DNA of 64,000 nucleotides from assembly GCF_009914755.1 (NCBI RefSeq), contig NC_060928.1; one strand, 5' to 3'. A program made the position numbers and the translations under genes. Below, piece by piece: positions 27,961-42,720 of the stretch. How positions within the stretch are numbered: position 1 is the stretch's first letter; the number at the start of each line of letters is the position of its first letter. The stretch comes from the human T2T-CHM13v2.0 reference genome, Homo sapiens. The notes under the pieces were generated by a model that saw nothing but the letters and a program-made list of their open reading frames with translations, was not told where the DNA came from and made no database searches.

Positions 27961-29849
27961 AAGTAAAAATTATTGACACATATACTCTATATCCCACCTT
28001 TCTATCTAGCAATGTATCAATAGTATATCTTGTCAAATATATTTTTTTACAATTAAAAATTTTTCAAAATCAGGATTACTTTTTCATAATTCTATTGTGA
28101 TACCTTGACATGGAGGCACAATATAGTGATCATTGATTTGTACAAAATATTTGCACTTAGAAAGCTCGAATGATCACAAATCTTTTCTGTATTTTATTCA
28201 TAGGGAAGAAAATCTGTAAACTATCTTATATCAAAAATTATTGGTTTTGAATGCCATGTTTGGGTAAATTGTTTTCAATATCAAGAATTTCTACTTTTAC
28301 GTTTCATTTATATTTAAGATTATTATTTGAGATGTGGTAACATCTTGAATGAAAAAGTGATCAATGAAACGACAAAAGAGAGAAAGGGAAAGAGAGAGAG
28401 ATGGGCAGTGGAAAGGAAAAAGGAAGGAAGAAAAATGCTAACATTTACTGAGTATGGTGCAACTTTCTTTTACATAAATTATCTCATTTAATCTTCCGAG
28501 TAACTCTCAACCATTTAAATCTGCAGAACACATTTTTCAAATGAAATTTTGCATCATAACAAAGCAGATAACTGCTGAATGAGTAGCTCTGGATAAATAG
28601 TTGAGGGAGTAGATAGTCTCTTCATCACCCTTTAGATGACACTCAGCATTATTAAAAAATATATTAACCAATTTATGTTAAAAAAAGATTAAACTTCAAT
28701 AAGTGTAGTTTTGGCAGTTGAGTCAATTATCTTGTATTCTTACTCTTCACAGATTGGTTAACATGTACATCAGGTTTATGTCCATAGTTAACTTTTTCAT
28801 GTTACATAAGTTTTAAATTTCATGTTTTAAGTGTGGAATAAAAGATTATTTATACCTGATAAATTTTGTGGATGCACGCACACACACGCACATACACATA
28901 GACTCAATAAACCAAAACATTATATTACCCAGAATTTTTCATGCCTATTATGTATAAGGAGAATTCTATGTGCAGTTATAATTTTAACATACAACTTCAT
29001 AAAGATAAGGCAAAATTCAACTTGCCTCTTACTAAATCAAAACAACCTGCACTTAATATCACATGCTAAGCTCCTAAACATGAAACGATTTACTAGATGA
29101 GGCAGTTACTGGTTCAGTTACTATGAACCAGTCCCTCACAGATAATCTGTAGGCCATTTCGTGGTTTTAAAAAATGACAGACTAAGGTCAGATTCAGAGG
29201 GCTGAACAAAGTATATACGAGGTTGAAAGCAAAAATCTGTACATATTACAGAAATAGTTGTCAGTTAAAAGCAGTAGAAGTAGAATTATCAAAAACATAA
29301 GGTATGATTTTGTCACTTTCATTTTTAGAAAAAAAAAGGGAAATTTATAAGTGTTTGTTTTACCACTGAAATATCCCATTAGAGCCCCATCTCATGGATA
29401 TCATTATTCTTTAAGAAAAAACTGTTCTCTTTGTGAATTATAGACATGAATACATTCACAGCAAAATGCTTGTCAGTTGAAATATATGCTATAGTTTTTC
29501 TCACCACTTGTACTGGTTTCTCTTTAAAACAGCAGGACATGCTCTTGAGGGGATCCTGGGGCGATTTCTTCATCTACTCCCCACATTCAAAATCTCAGTT
29601 GAGGTTTGAAATTTTTTTTACCAACTATAGATAGACTTTGATGGCACACTTAAAAATGAGTCATGGGAAAATTAACTCGACTTAAAATCATTTAAGATAC
29701 TATAAATATCTAATATCAAAGCAAGTAAAAACATAACTATCTCAATATAAGTAGAAGAAGAAATCTGGACCTAGAAGCTGCCAGAGATTGGTGGTTATTA
29801 CTACTGTAGGTGTATCTCAGGAGCTGACACGTGATAAACTTGCATCTGC

Positions 29850-30190
29850 AAGAGGCCCTCACTGGCTTTCCTGTACTTCCTTGGCTTCCATTCAATCTTA
29901 TATTCAGACTAGCTAAGAGCATTTACTCAAAATGCAATTCTAGTCATATTATCTTACTCCTTAAATCTTCCATTGTGTTTGGGGTAAAATGAAAAATCCT
30001 TAGCATGACTTCCATGCTCCTTTATAACAGATATTTCCTGTGTCTCCCTTTTCTAAATCCCGGGCGTTATGCTCTCTCACCCCTCTGCCTGGAATGTGCT
30101 TCTTCCCATGTTTTGTCAGTCTGCTCCTACTCTGGTATCGGCAGAAGCACCTCTTCCTCAGGAAAGCTTTTCTTGGCCCCTCAGACCTAT
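29850..30190 (+). mobile_element. L2 fragment
   Basis: 'aaaatgcaattctagtcata...aaatccttagcatg...ctctgcctggaatg...cctcaggaaagctttt'. Confidence 0.7.
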
Positions 30191-30229
30191 GGGGACGAGA
30201 TAGGAAAATAAACAAGGGAATACTTCTTC

Positions 30230-31635
30230 AGAAGGCATTGATCATTATAGAGAAATGTGAAGAGTAATAGTGGGGGTGTTATTTTGCATAAGATGAAGAA
30301 GGAAGGCCTTGCTGATAAAAGTGCCATTTGAGCAGAGACCTGAAAGGATTGGAGACAAAATGTGCAGCTCTCTGGAGAAAGAGAGTCCAGGCAGAGGCAG
30401 CAGTTGGTGCAAGGGCCCTGAGGTAAGATGGACTTGATGTTTGAGGAAGAGCAAGAAGGCCAATATGGCAGGCACCAAGTGAAGGAAGAGAGCATGGGAA
30501 GCACTAGAAGGAAAACTCAGAGAACATGTAGACACCATGGTAAGAAGTTCAGATTTTGATCTTAAATAAGAGGAAGGGCCGGAGTGAAGCAAATGAAAGG
30601 GTAAATATGGGGAGATGAGGCTGGAGTGGGGATGGGTTAGTACAGTGCAACTAGGAAACCAAGATAAGGCCTTTGGTTCTCCCTCTGAGTTAAGATGCAA
30701 TGGCACTGGTTGGCTAAATCAGAAGAGAAACAACCAATCTGTTGGTTGGCTTAAGCAGAAGAGAAACATAATTCACATATATTTTGAATGATCACTCTAG
30801 CTGCTATGTTAGAAACAGAATCGATGGGGAAAGAGTAGGGGCAGGGAGCCTATTTAGGTAGCTATTACAATAGTCCTGCAAAGTATGACTGTGACTGCCC
30901 AGGGGTGGTAGAAGGGCTGATGAATGCCTGGAGTCTGAATTTACTTTGAAGATAGAGCCAACATAATTTGTTAATATGAGGTGGGAGAAGTGTCAAGAAT
31001 TATTCCAATTCTTTGGTCTGAGCAACTATACATAATATGGAATAGAGTGGTCCTATACTACAAAGAAGAAAACTGAGAGAAGCTCTTGGAAGGGTGGGAT
31101 GTAGAAAGGGGCTGCTGCTGCTGATGGTGATGAAATAAAGAATTCCCCTTAGAACATGCTGAGTTCAAGATAACTACTGGGGAACCAAACAGAGAGATCT
31201 AATTGAGAGTCAGATACAAAAATCCAGAGTTTAGCAGAGAGGTTCCAGGCTAGAGGTATACATTTTTGAGTCATCTGAAAATAGATGGTATTTAAAGACT
31301 AAAACTAAATGACATTATTTTGGGAGCAAGTATAGACTAAAGAAAGGTCAGAAGACATCTAGGCACTCCAAACTTTAAAGGTTGGCAAGATAAGGAGGAG
31401 CCAACAAAAATTAGACTTGTTTATGAGATAGATGTTCACCCCAGAAATTGGTGTTCAGAGACTAGGTGAAGAAGAATGGATTTGAACAAATAGGGAGAGG
31501 TCAGTTGTTTCAAATGTTCTGATGGATTGAATAAGATGATATTTAAGATTGAACTTTGGATTTGGCGACAATGGCTTTGATAAGAGGAGTTTTGAAGATA
31601 AAACCTTGATTGGAGTGAGTTTTAAAGAGAATGAG
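30230..31635 (-). mobile_element. L2 (long fragment)
   Basis: 'atttgagcagagacctgaa...ccaggcagaggcagcag...gcaagggccctgagg...gatcactctagctgct'. Confidence 0.85.
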
Positions 31636-31636
31636 A

Positions 31637-32030
31637 ACAAAACTATAGAGATGGTAAAAGGTCTGTGGTTGCTGGGGTTTGGAGGAGAGAAAGAGGAAGG
31701 GACAAATGGTAGAGCACTGGAGATTTTTAGGGCAGTGAAACTATTCAGTATGATGCTGTAATGGTGGATACATGACATTTCCTATTTGTCAAAACTCATA
31801 GAACTGTACAACACAGTGAACCCTTATGTAAATTTTTGACATTAACAATAATATCAATATCAATTCATCAATTGGAACAAATACACCACACTAATGAAAG
31901 ATGTTAATAATAGGGGAAAGTGGGGGCAAGAGGCAAATAGAGAGTACGTGTACAGGAGCTTTCTGTACTTTCTGCTCAATTTTTCTGTAAACCTAAAAGT
32001 ACTCTAAAACTAAATCCTATTAATTAAAAA
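31637..32030 (+). mobile_element. L1MC-type 3' end inserted in L2
   Basis: 'ttttagggcagtgaaactatt...ggtggatacatgacatt...tttgtcaaaactcatagaactgtacaacac...ctgtaaacctaaa'. Confidence 0.85.
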
Positions 32031-32089
32031 TGAGGAGAAGGAATAAGAGGAGAGGATGTTTAGACAATTGAGTGCACAGGTTACTAAGT

Positions 32090-32490
32090 TGTTGTCTCTC
32101 AGCTTCTAACCCACCCAGGCTGGAGCTGGAATTATGATGACCACATTAATCCTTGGCTTGCTGGCCCCTTGTCAGAATCTGTTGACAGAGGACCCATAGG
32201 AAGACTGGAAAGCTGAAAAAGGGGGAAGGGACTTTCTCACGTGTTTGCTCTCTGATCCTGCTCAGCTTCGTCACAGCAAAGGCTCTTCATGTTGGCAGCT
32301 GGTAGATCAATTCTGATAGCAGCATTTGATTCTTATTTAGTTTTTTCCCACACTCCCAGAACCAGACTCATTGACCAATCAGAGATATCTGCACCACCCA
32401 ATCAATGTCCCATCTGTCTGACTCCCAGCTGTGCAATCTTGTCTCCCCAGCATCCCCTGGTCCCTTACTTACTAAGGTCCCGGGAACCAC
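32090..32490 (+). mobile_element. Old ERVL-class LTR remnant (LTR33-like)
   Basis: 'tgtctctcagcttctaacccaccc...gctggagctggaa...aagactggaaagctgaaaaagggggaagggact'. Confidence 0.45.
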
Positions 32491-32722
32491 AGTAGGATTT
32501 CTAGCAAGCACTAAGGACTTTCTTATCAGTTGTCACACATATATCATGAGTATGTATACTTATTTAGCTTCTGTCTTCCCAAGTCAATTGTAATTTCTGT
32601 AAGAAAGGGGTCATGTCTCTCCAATTCACTGTTGTAGTCCCAGGATTAGCACAGTCCCAGGACCTGTGTAGGGCTCAGTTTACATAAATTAAGAAATAAA
32701 TTATTTGAAAGGAATGGGGGAA

Positions 32723-33209
32723 CGTATTCATTTTCTAGGGCTGCCTTAACGAATTTCCAGAAACTAGATGTCTTAAAACCACAGAAATTCATAGTCTCAC
32801 ATCTCTGGAGGCTAGAAGTCCAAAATCAAGGTCTTTATAGGGCTGTGCTCTCTCTAAAGCCTCTGAAGGAGATCCCTCTTCACTTTTTCCAGCTTCTGGT
32901 AGCCCAAGGTGTTCCTTGGCTTGTCGCACCACAACTCCAATCTCAGCCTCCATCTTACCATGTGGTGGTCTCTCCTCTCTGTCTGTGTGTCTTTGTGTCT
33001 TCATAGGGTGGTTCTCCTCCTAGTGTCTGTTATCTCCTCTTTTAAGGGCACCAGACACATTGGATTAGGGCCCACTCTAATTGGGGATGATCTCACCTTA
33101 ACTTGATTACATCTACAAAGACCCTGTTTCTGAATAAGGTTTCATTCGTCAGTACTGGGAGTTAGGAAGTCAGTGTATCATTTCAGAAGACAGAATCTAA
33201 GCCATAGCA
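32723..33209 (-). mobile_element. MLT1C-type MaLR solo LTR
   Basis: 'ctagggctgcc...tctggaggctagaagtccaaaatcaaggt...ttggattagggcccac'; TSD gggaa / gggag. Confidence 0.88.
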
Positions 33210-33712
33210 GGGAGTATAGAGAAGATGAAGATGGGTAGGGAAGAGAAAGGTAAAGAAAAGAATATCTGAGTTAAGGTAGTTTTATTTAAGACCTACTTGC
33301 CTTAAAATTATGTCTGACTACATCTATTTATCTATGTATCCACCCATATTTTAGTTCGTAGTATCTTGATATGGTATATTTTTTGGAGGGACAGAGACTA
33401 CTTTAATTCCTGATACTCAATGAAGATTTAGTATGATTATACACACATGATTATAAATAGAGGTGTATAAAGTGCATGGCATTATATGGTTACCTATAGT
33501 AAACCTTTAAAATACACAGTGTATAGACAAACATTGCACAATGTATGAACTCTCAGCTCCTTTAAAATCTTTAGCAATCTCATGATTAAACTGATAGCAA
33601 AATTTGTGGTTGATATTGTTGTCCACCTGATCTTTCCTAGATACGTTGTTTTTCATTTCTGGTGTAATTAAGTGGATATTTGTTCATGAGTCACATTCTG
33701 TTCTATGTGTAG

Positions 33713-33737
33713 ACACACACACACACATACACACACA
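33713..33737. repeat. Imperfect (CA)n microsatellite
   Basis: acacacacacacacatacacacaca. Confidence 0.9.
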
Positions 33738-34940
33738 AGAATGAGGTGATGGGAAAAGATTATCTGAAATTGAGGCTAATGACATTGTCAAAATAAAACT
33801 TGGCCATAGACTGCCAGGTTAATTTCAGGTAAACATGTTATGAAAAACAAATCCAATTAAAAGAAAGGTGTAAAGATATTAACTTTTCTTTTTAAGATTT
33901 TTGTTTTCCAATAACATGTTTAGCTTACTTGCAAAAGAGTCACTTAGCTTACTTAGATTCACCATTAATTATAAGCAGTGCTACTTAGTGGTTCAGGAGG
34001 ATAATTTATCTGACATTACCAAACATGCCTGATGTGAGTTGTAAGACTTATAGTGCTTCAAGGGTTTAAAGAAAGTGCTTAACGCCAAAGCTCACACACA
34101 CTTCAGGTTCTGTATGAGCAAGTGACACAGACTGAAAACAATTACTAAGAAGACTTTATTACATTATATTCTGTGAGTTTTGCTTCCCCAAAGGGTCTAA
34201 TACTGCTATAGAAGGAAAAGTCTATATTGAAATATTTTAAATTCTGAATTTGGAGTGAGGGAAAATTTGCATAAATTATAAAAATAATTTTTAAATAATT
34301 ATTTAAAAACTTTAAAAATAACTTTATATTGACAAGAGATTGACCTTTTAAATATTTACACAATAATCATGTCATAGTATTTATAGTTTATAATTTTACA
34401 AAAACATTAATGATTAAAGCTTTGCATTTTTCTTCCTAGGAATTGTTGATTTTTACTTTGTAATAATTATTCAACTCTAATTCTTTATTTTATTTAGTAT
34501 TTTACTTTCTTAAAGCCCTAAAGTGTTCTATTTTCCCTAAATTTAATATATCTTTTAGTTCTCAACGTATGTGTAGCCTTTTAATAAACTGCCGGAAAAT
34601 GACTTTGGCTTTCCTTTACATGAACATAGAAAAATTTTGGGGTCTCTTATGACATTTCTCATCTTTTTTTATGTTATGAATTACTTGTTGATGATAAATA
34701 TTCTGCATAATTTTATAAACCACATGAAATGAAGAGAAAGTAATTAAAGCTTTTGAGCTCTACAGAAGTATTAATTTATGTCCACTCCCCAAGAATATTT
34801 ACTTTTTACAATCTGTATAGTGTGAGAGAGAAAACTAAAATATATGAAAAAGCATTTATTACCATTCGTTCATGTACTTCCTTAATTTATTCATTCATTC
34901 CAGTACTTTACAAAATATTAGAATACTAATCTTGTGTTCA

Positions 34941-35360
<420 letters not shown>

Positions 35361-35609
35361 TCACTTAAACAAAAGCACCTCCAGAACACTGTTTAGGGAT
35401 CTTAGTCTACTATCTTCCTTATTCTATTATTTCAGTTTTGTGCCTCTGTTTTTTTCATAATTCTGCCATCATTTTATTTTATTCTTCATATATATGAACT
35501 GTATATAGAATATTTATATCTCATTATTAGGAAAGTTTATTTGGGTAAGAGTCCTGTTAAATATCTCTGGTTTTTAGTTAAGTCTTTTGAAACATTATGC
35601 CTTGGAAGT

Positions 35610-36225
35610 AAAGTCAAATCAAAATAGACCAGGCTTTACAGAGAATTAAACACAGCTTCAAATAATCATACTTCTTCTAAATGCCTGCCAGAAAAACAAT
35701 ATATCCTCTTTGGATGAAAAGAATACTATCTTCAAAACTTTGTTTTTTGTTTTTGTTTTTATTTTTTAATACACAATGTCTCTCATTTAATCAAAAATTA
35801 TTGAATGTGTCAGAAAACAAGACCAAGTCACTGAAAGCAAGAGAAAGAATTCACCAGAAATATATCAAATATATCAAATTTATATATTGGAGTTATCAAG
35901 CACAGATTTTAAATAACTGTTATTAATACATTTGAGAAAATAGCAAGATAGAGAATTTCACTAAAAAACTAGAATCTATAGAAAAAATCACACATAAATT
36001 CTAGAAAAGAAAATCAAAATAACTAAAATTAATAACTCAATAGTTGGGTCTTCAGCAGATTGGACAGAGTAGGAGAAAAGATTAGAGAATTGGAAGATAG
36101 ACTACTAAAAACTATATGACATAAAGCTCAGAGTGAAAAAAGTATGGAAAATACAGAATGCCGTGTGAGAGACTTATATGTCAAGGTAAAAAGGCTCTGT
36201 GTCAACATGTGTAAGAGTCACCCAA
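35610..36225 (+). mobile_element. Ancient L1M 5'/ORF1 fragment
   Basis: 'ttggagttatcaagcacagattttaaataact...aaattaataactcaatag...gattagagaattggaagatag'. Confidence 0.7.
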
Positions 36226-36622
36226 AATCAGTATTTCTGAACCATTCTGAGGATAAAATTTTACATGATACCACAAAAGAATTACGTACTAGCCAGTGGG
36301 TATAATCTGCTCACCAGGCCACCATCTTAGAATCAGGTCACCCTCGTGGGCTCCAGAAGCTGGCTCCAGGTCCCAGGATAACCCTACAGGTGTGATTGTT
36401 GGAACTCTGCAGGCATCTGGTTTACCACAATGAATGGGCTAGAGAGTCAGTGAGTACACCCAAGGGGAGCAATGGGAATCTGACCCACTCAAGTTCTACT
36501 ATGGGCTCCTGCCTGGATAACACTGCAGACTCTGGCTGATTCCAGCCACCAGGGTGCGACTGTAAAAATTTTAAAAAGGCACTCTGAAGTGGCAGAATTG
36601 CAGGGCAGAGAAAGGAAAATAG

Positions 36623-37255
36623 GTGTGGGCTACTAGGATCTCTTTCTACCCACAGAACACTTCTTCTCATACCAAAAGTATGGGGGTTTTCCTCAAACCA
36701 ACAACCAATTCTCCAACTGTAGGACACATTGAGTGTCCTACAATTTAATTCAATTGTGATGCTAACTACCTGGAATTAGGATCAGCTCCCACAATTTAAG
36801 GGCTCAGTCACACCACGGACTCCACTGTTTAGGGTTTTTATGCAATGTCCGTTATGTAGGCATGACTGAGTAGATCATTGATCATTGATAATTAACTCAA
36901 TTTCCAGCCCCTCTTATCTCCCCAAAGGCTGGGGGATGGGGCTGAAAGTTTCAACCTTCTAATCAATGGTTGATTCCTGTAGCAACAAGCTCTCATGCTG
37001 AAGCTATCTGGAAGTCCATCAAAAGTCATCTTATTAGTAGAAACTCAGGTATGGTTGAAAGAGGCTTATTATGAATAACAAAAGATGGTCCTCTGACCCC
37101 TATCTCTCAGGAACTTCCAAGGGTTTTAGAAGCTCTGTGTCCAGAATTGGGCATAAAGACCAAATATTATAACAAAATACAAGGGTTTTAGAAGCTTTGT
37201 GCCAGGAACTATGGATGAAGCCCAACTATATGTTTCTTATTATATCACAATATCA
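36623..37255 (-). mobile_element. MER21 (A/B) ERVL LTR, internally deleted
   Basis: 'ggggctgaaagtttcaaccttctaatc...caagggttttagaagct...tttcttattatatcacaatatca'. Confidence 0.85.
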
Positions 37256-37299
37256 AGAGGTCCAGGTCAGTGGGCCCACTTATTTGGGTGGAAGGGAGG

Positions 37300-37695
37300 T
37301 AGTGAAAGTTTTAATGATCACTTAGGGGACGGTGACCTAGCCCAAGCCAACGAGAATGATTCCTTGAGTTTTGCTTGAATTATTGGGGAAGAAATTTCTT
37401 CCCACTAAAAATTTTAAATTCGTTAAATATAAGCTTATAGATGTTATTGCCCATCTTCGTTACCACTGAGATGAATATAATTGAGAAAGAAGCCAGCAAA
37501 GTGCAAAACAAAACCAAGAAGTAGAGAGGAAAAATTAGTATTCCTGAAGACAATGATTAAACTACTGGGTCAAACCATACTGCCCCTAGTTTATTCCAGA
37601 AATTTACAGGTATATGAGCCAGTGTGTTTCCTTATTCACTTAAACCAGGTAGATTTGGACTTTCCTTACTTGAAACAGAGAGCTTTCACTCAGAG
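37300..37695 (+). mobile_element. Old MLT1 (J/K-type) LTR
   Basis: 'gtgacctagcccaagccaa...aagaagccagca...tatgagccag...cttaaaccag...cttgaaacaga'. Confidence 0.6.
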
Positions 37696-38704
37696 GCACA
37701 AGGTTTTTATCTTTGTCATTTCCTCTTGGGTGAGGATATTGTGGGCTGTTTTCAGTAGGACTGCTCCTCCCTGCCCAAGTCATGGAGCAGAGCAGAGTCT
37801 AAAATGTGACAGACTCTCAGGGAATGATAGTGACTTTTACGCCCATCTAAATTTGTTGACAGGATATATTTGTGGGGCCACAAGAACTATGAAACATGAA
37901 TGTGGAACTCAAGCAAAATATCCAGATTAAGATGTAAGTTTTGGAAGCATTGTCATCATAGGAAGTTAAGTTTAGGCATTGTATGAGATATACAGTAAGA
38001 AGAAATGCTTGGGCTTGGACATAGACTATAGGAAGCTAATACTTAACAGGGAGCTAGAAGAAAAGAGTTAATGAAAATGAAAGAGACTGATCTGAGAAGT
38101 AAGAGAAAACCCAGGAGTGAACAATGAAGGAAAAAAAAAGAAGAATGGTTTGTGTGATCAAAAGTAGAGGAGAAATGACATGAGGCTCTTGGATTTAGCA
38201 TTTAAATATTGAATTTGGCAACTTGAGTTAACTAAAGACCTTTAAGAGAGGAGTTTTGTTAGAGGAAAAAGATGAAAAAAGATTTTAGAGGTTGAGGGGC
38301 ACACGAGTGTATCAATTAAGTTTGGCTCAAATAAAAACAATAATTTGTGTATACATAAAATCTTAAAATATATTTCTTTTACTGAGGAATTTTTAATATT
38401 AACAATGATTGCATTTTTCTCTAATATCAACTTGAGATTCATTTCTGTGAATTTTATTTGACTGCACGACCTTAAAAATAATTAGTAAATAATTCCTATT
38501 TATCTAAGGAATTCCTAAGCTTATCAGAAGTCATAAAATCAGAAAACAACTGAACTTCCATACACTTCTTACACATATTCTTGCATAGATAAACATGTAT
38601 ATAAAAGATCAACTAATTAAAATCAATGTGGTATATGCACTGAACTATATTTTCTTAAAATGTTGTATATTTTTTGAAATTAAAGTTTAAAGCTTTAAAT
38701 AACA

Positions 38705-39168
38705 CAGTAGTCCCCCCTTAGGCACAGTTTTGTTTTCCACAGTTTCAGTTACCCAAGTTAACTGTGGTCTGAAAATATTAAATGGAAAATTCTAGAAGTA
38801 AACAATGCATACATCTTAAATTGTGCATCATTCTAAGCAGCATGATGAAATCTTGCAATGGCCCATGCTGTCCCTCCTGAGGCTTAACTTCCCTTTGTCT
38901 GGCATTGTCCATTATCACTTAGTAGCTATCTTGGTTATCAGATCAATTGTTGCAGTATTGTATCCCTGTGCTCAAGTAACTCTTACTTTACTTAATAATG
39001 GCCCTAAAGCACAAGAGTACTGTGCCTAATTTATAAATTAAACTTTATCATAAGTATGTATGTATAGGAAGAGACATAGTATATATAGGGTTTGGTACTA
39101 TGTACAGTTTCAGGCATCCATAGAGGGTCTTGTAAAATAGCTCCTGTAAATTGGGGTGGGGTCTACTG
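38705..39168 (+). mobile_element. MER44 (Tigger7-derived MITE)
   Basis: TIRs cagtagtcccccctta / ggggtctactg; 'cagtttcagttaccc...ggtctgaaaatattaaatggaaaattc'. Confidence 0.88.
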
Positions 39169-39269
39169 TGTTATCTAATCTTACATAGTTTATGACTTAT
39201 ATGAAGATTTACATGCATTCAATGGTATATTAATACATAAAAGCAGCTAAAGTACAAGTAAAAATAGAC

Positions 39270-39740
39270 TATTGGTAACTTAAAAGAAAACCCAGCCAAA
39301 TAATAATGAAGCAAAACAAAAAGGTAGATGCTCATTTCACTCTTTTATGAAAGGTATCAGGAGAGCTGGTATGGAACTCCGTGGTTATCCGGTTCTCAGT
39401 CTCTTTTATCTTCCTACTCCACTGTGTTTCGCCATGGCTATCATTGTGAAGGTTTTTTCATTGTCCAAGATGGTTGCTGGAGCTCTGGCCACTGCGCCTG
39501 TATTCCAGACAGGAGGAAGGAGAAAGAACTAATGGCAAGAAGGTACATGTCAATATTGTAAACTTAGTTTATGACACTTTTTTAAAAAAGTCCACCTAAC
39601 CTCTGCTTAGAACCCATTGAAGATCAACAGTGGTCAGAAAGATTGGGAAATAAAATATTTCAGGTGGGCATTGATCAGGGAGCAGTTAGGTACAAAGAAC
39701 AGGAGTGTGGATACAAGATAGGCAGCTAGAACTCTCTATC
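39270..39740 (-). mobile_element. Old MLT1 (J/L-type) LTR
   Basis: 'ccaagatggttgctggagctc...gtattccagacaggaggaagg...gattgggaaat'. Confidence 0.6.
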
Positions 39741-40924
39741 TCAATGAGGACTGGTATAGGATGAATGAAAATGCACTATATTTTCTAAGAAGTTTGGCAG
39801 AGATTATGAGGAAGTATGTTGAATAGAACTGGAGAGAATGGAAATTTTTAGAATAAGAGAGACTTGATGTTTTTGTGGGTTGAAGTGAAGAATGTATAAG
39901 ACAGAGTGCAAATAATTGATGGAGCAAGGCCCTGGGAGAGGTGAGAGACAGGCACGAAGAGCACAGGAATCTTTACTGGTTCCTTGAGGTTCCATTCAAA
40001 TCAATGTCAAGGTAGTCTGCAATACGTTGTTACCACGTGGAACCCATCTGCCTTGCATGAGATCTTAATGATAGAGTTATACTACTTTAATTTTGCTTGA
40101 AAATACTTTGCAAACATCATTTGTAAGGGTGTCATGTCCTTTATTGTAAAGAATAAGCTGTTTAACAAAAAAAGGATTGTTCTTCACAGGTTTGAGTAAA
40201 AAATCATGGCAAATAAAAGTTTTCTGGGTGAAATTTAAAAATATTTAGACGTGTACATACATAGGTAGAAAGCTGGCATAAAATAATATTTTTTGGATAA
40301 ATGCTCCTTTGGATAATTAACATATCTAATACATTGTTTTCAAAATAAGCATTTGTGTTCTTTTTATTTACTCTCTGGCATACACAACCACACACACACA
40401 TAAACATACACACATTTACTTTTAAAAAGGTATAAGTTGTTAAAAAGCAGGGTATATGGCAATAGCCTCTGTAGCTTAAGAGTCTTTTGATCACTTCCTG
40501 GCAAGTGTGATGTAATATCTTATTCCTCATACTCAGAATCACCAGTTCCAAATGCTGTATTCTAATAACCTATGACAGCATAAATAATTTATCGTTTTCC
40601 AACTTCCCCATCCCACAATTTTAAAAAGGAGGATAAATAGAATGTTTAACATGAATATTATCAGCTTTCTAACTTGTGGACAACAGGTAATCTTTTATTT
40701 CTTTTTTAGATTGAAAAATTTAAAGGTGTTAAGTCATTCTTCAGTTGTCCACATTATGTGTAAAAATAATTTCTTATTTTACATGGCCAGAAGTACTACA
40801 GCAGTATTTCTAAAGTTTAATGAAAATGCGTTTGCTTTCTTTGTGCTTAAAGTATGAATTAGTTCATCTGGCTTTATTTTAGGTTCATTCAATGACTGAA
40901 GTTATGGGCTAAAATGGTAATTTA

Positions 40925-41403
<479 letters not shown>

Positions 41404-41902
41404 CTATTTGTCAGATTGTTTAAAATCCTCAGTATTTTCAATGAAGTACTTTGAGGCTTAAGTTATAATGACTAAAAGATGATGATATTCATATTAACAT
41501 GGAGATGTCACCATCACTACACATGCTCAATCAGCTTGATTCAATCACTGTACCCTCTTACTCTCTTTCTCTACTCCAGATTGGTTCCTGGCAAGTAAGA
41601 AATGTGGAGGAAGGGAGAGAGGAGAAAGGGTAGAAGAGAAAAAGATAATAAGAGAGAGAACGAGGGAGGAATGTTGGAAGAAATGGGAAGAACTCCTTTG
41701 ATTTATAGGCATAATATTTTAGAGGGAGATAAAATAAATTCTAGATAAACTTTTTTCATCATTTTACATCTTTCTTTAAATGTTCTTATAGTCTCCCACT
41801 TATCTCACTTGCTCCAGCCACAATTCAACTTTGCCTCAATTCCCTTAATACTTATTGTGTCTTTCAGTAGTCCACATCACTTTTTTTATGGTTTCTTTTC
41901 AT

Positions 41903-42031
41903 TTTATTTTTTTAGAGATAGGGTCTCACTATGTTGTCCAGGCTGGTCTCAAACTCCTGGCCTCAAGTGATTTTTTTCACCTTAGCCTCCCAAGTAGCTG
42001 GGATTACAGGCCTGAACCAGTGTGCCTGGCT
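41903..42031 (-). mobile_element. FLAM (Alu monomer)
   Basis: Single monomer 'gagatagggtctcactatgttgtccaggctggtctcaaactcctggcctcaag...cctggct'. Confidence 0.85.
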
Positions 42032-42720
42032 GTGTTACAATTTTTTAAGTATGAAATTTTCTTTTCTAGCAGACCTGTTTCATAAGAGGGATTATGCCTC
42101 ATTTATCTTTATAAATCCTATGTACTTAAAACAATACTAGCCACATAGGATGTGCCCTTTAAATATTTGTTGGGCTAATACATGAACTCATAAAGCTTTC
42201 TAGGAGCTTTGGAGTCCATTAGAATTAGAAATATTTAAAGAATGGTAATGGGACAATAAGTATCTTCATTAATTGTCATTATATCAACAAACACGATAAT
42301 AATAAATTTTCAGGTCTTTTCAGTTGTCTTTCAATTATGTTACATTTAAATTTAAAACATTCACAGCAAATCTTGCTTTTTCACTTCTTTATAAGAGTAA
42401 TATATTGCTGATACAAAAGAAACCTATCTGAGTACAGATAGGTTGTAAAAGCTGATACTTACAAAGTCATTATCAACAGAGAATGTGTGTAATCAAATTC
42501 ATTATGTTGAACAGTTTAGAATCTACATATAGTAAAGGAGACCAAGTAAATCACTATTTCTAACAACAACAATCCTAAACCTAAAACAAAGGTATACTTC
42601 AACAATAAGAGAGAAACGAAGGAAGATAGATACAAAGAGAAAAAGGCACAATGAATTTCTTTGCTTGACTTTTCAAGACTGTGTCTGGATACTAGTGCCA
42701 ACAACAGGAAGAAAAGAATC

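Noticed and set aside
37118-37215. Direct repeat caagggttttagaagct
   Set aside because: As I recall, an intrinsic internal duplication of MER21 LTRs rather than a locus-specific structure
37481-37930. 149-aa ORF
   Set aside because: Starts at a non-ATG codon inside an old MLT1 LTR; no recognisable domain
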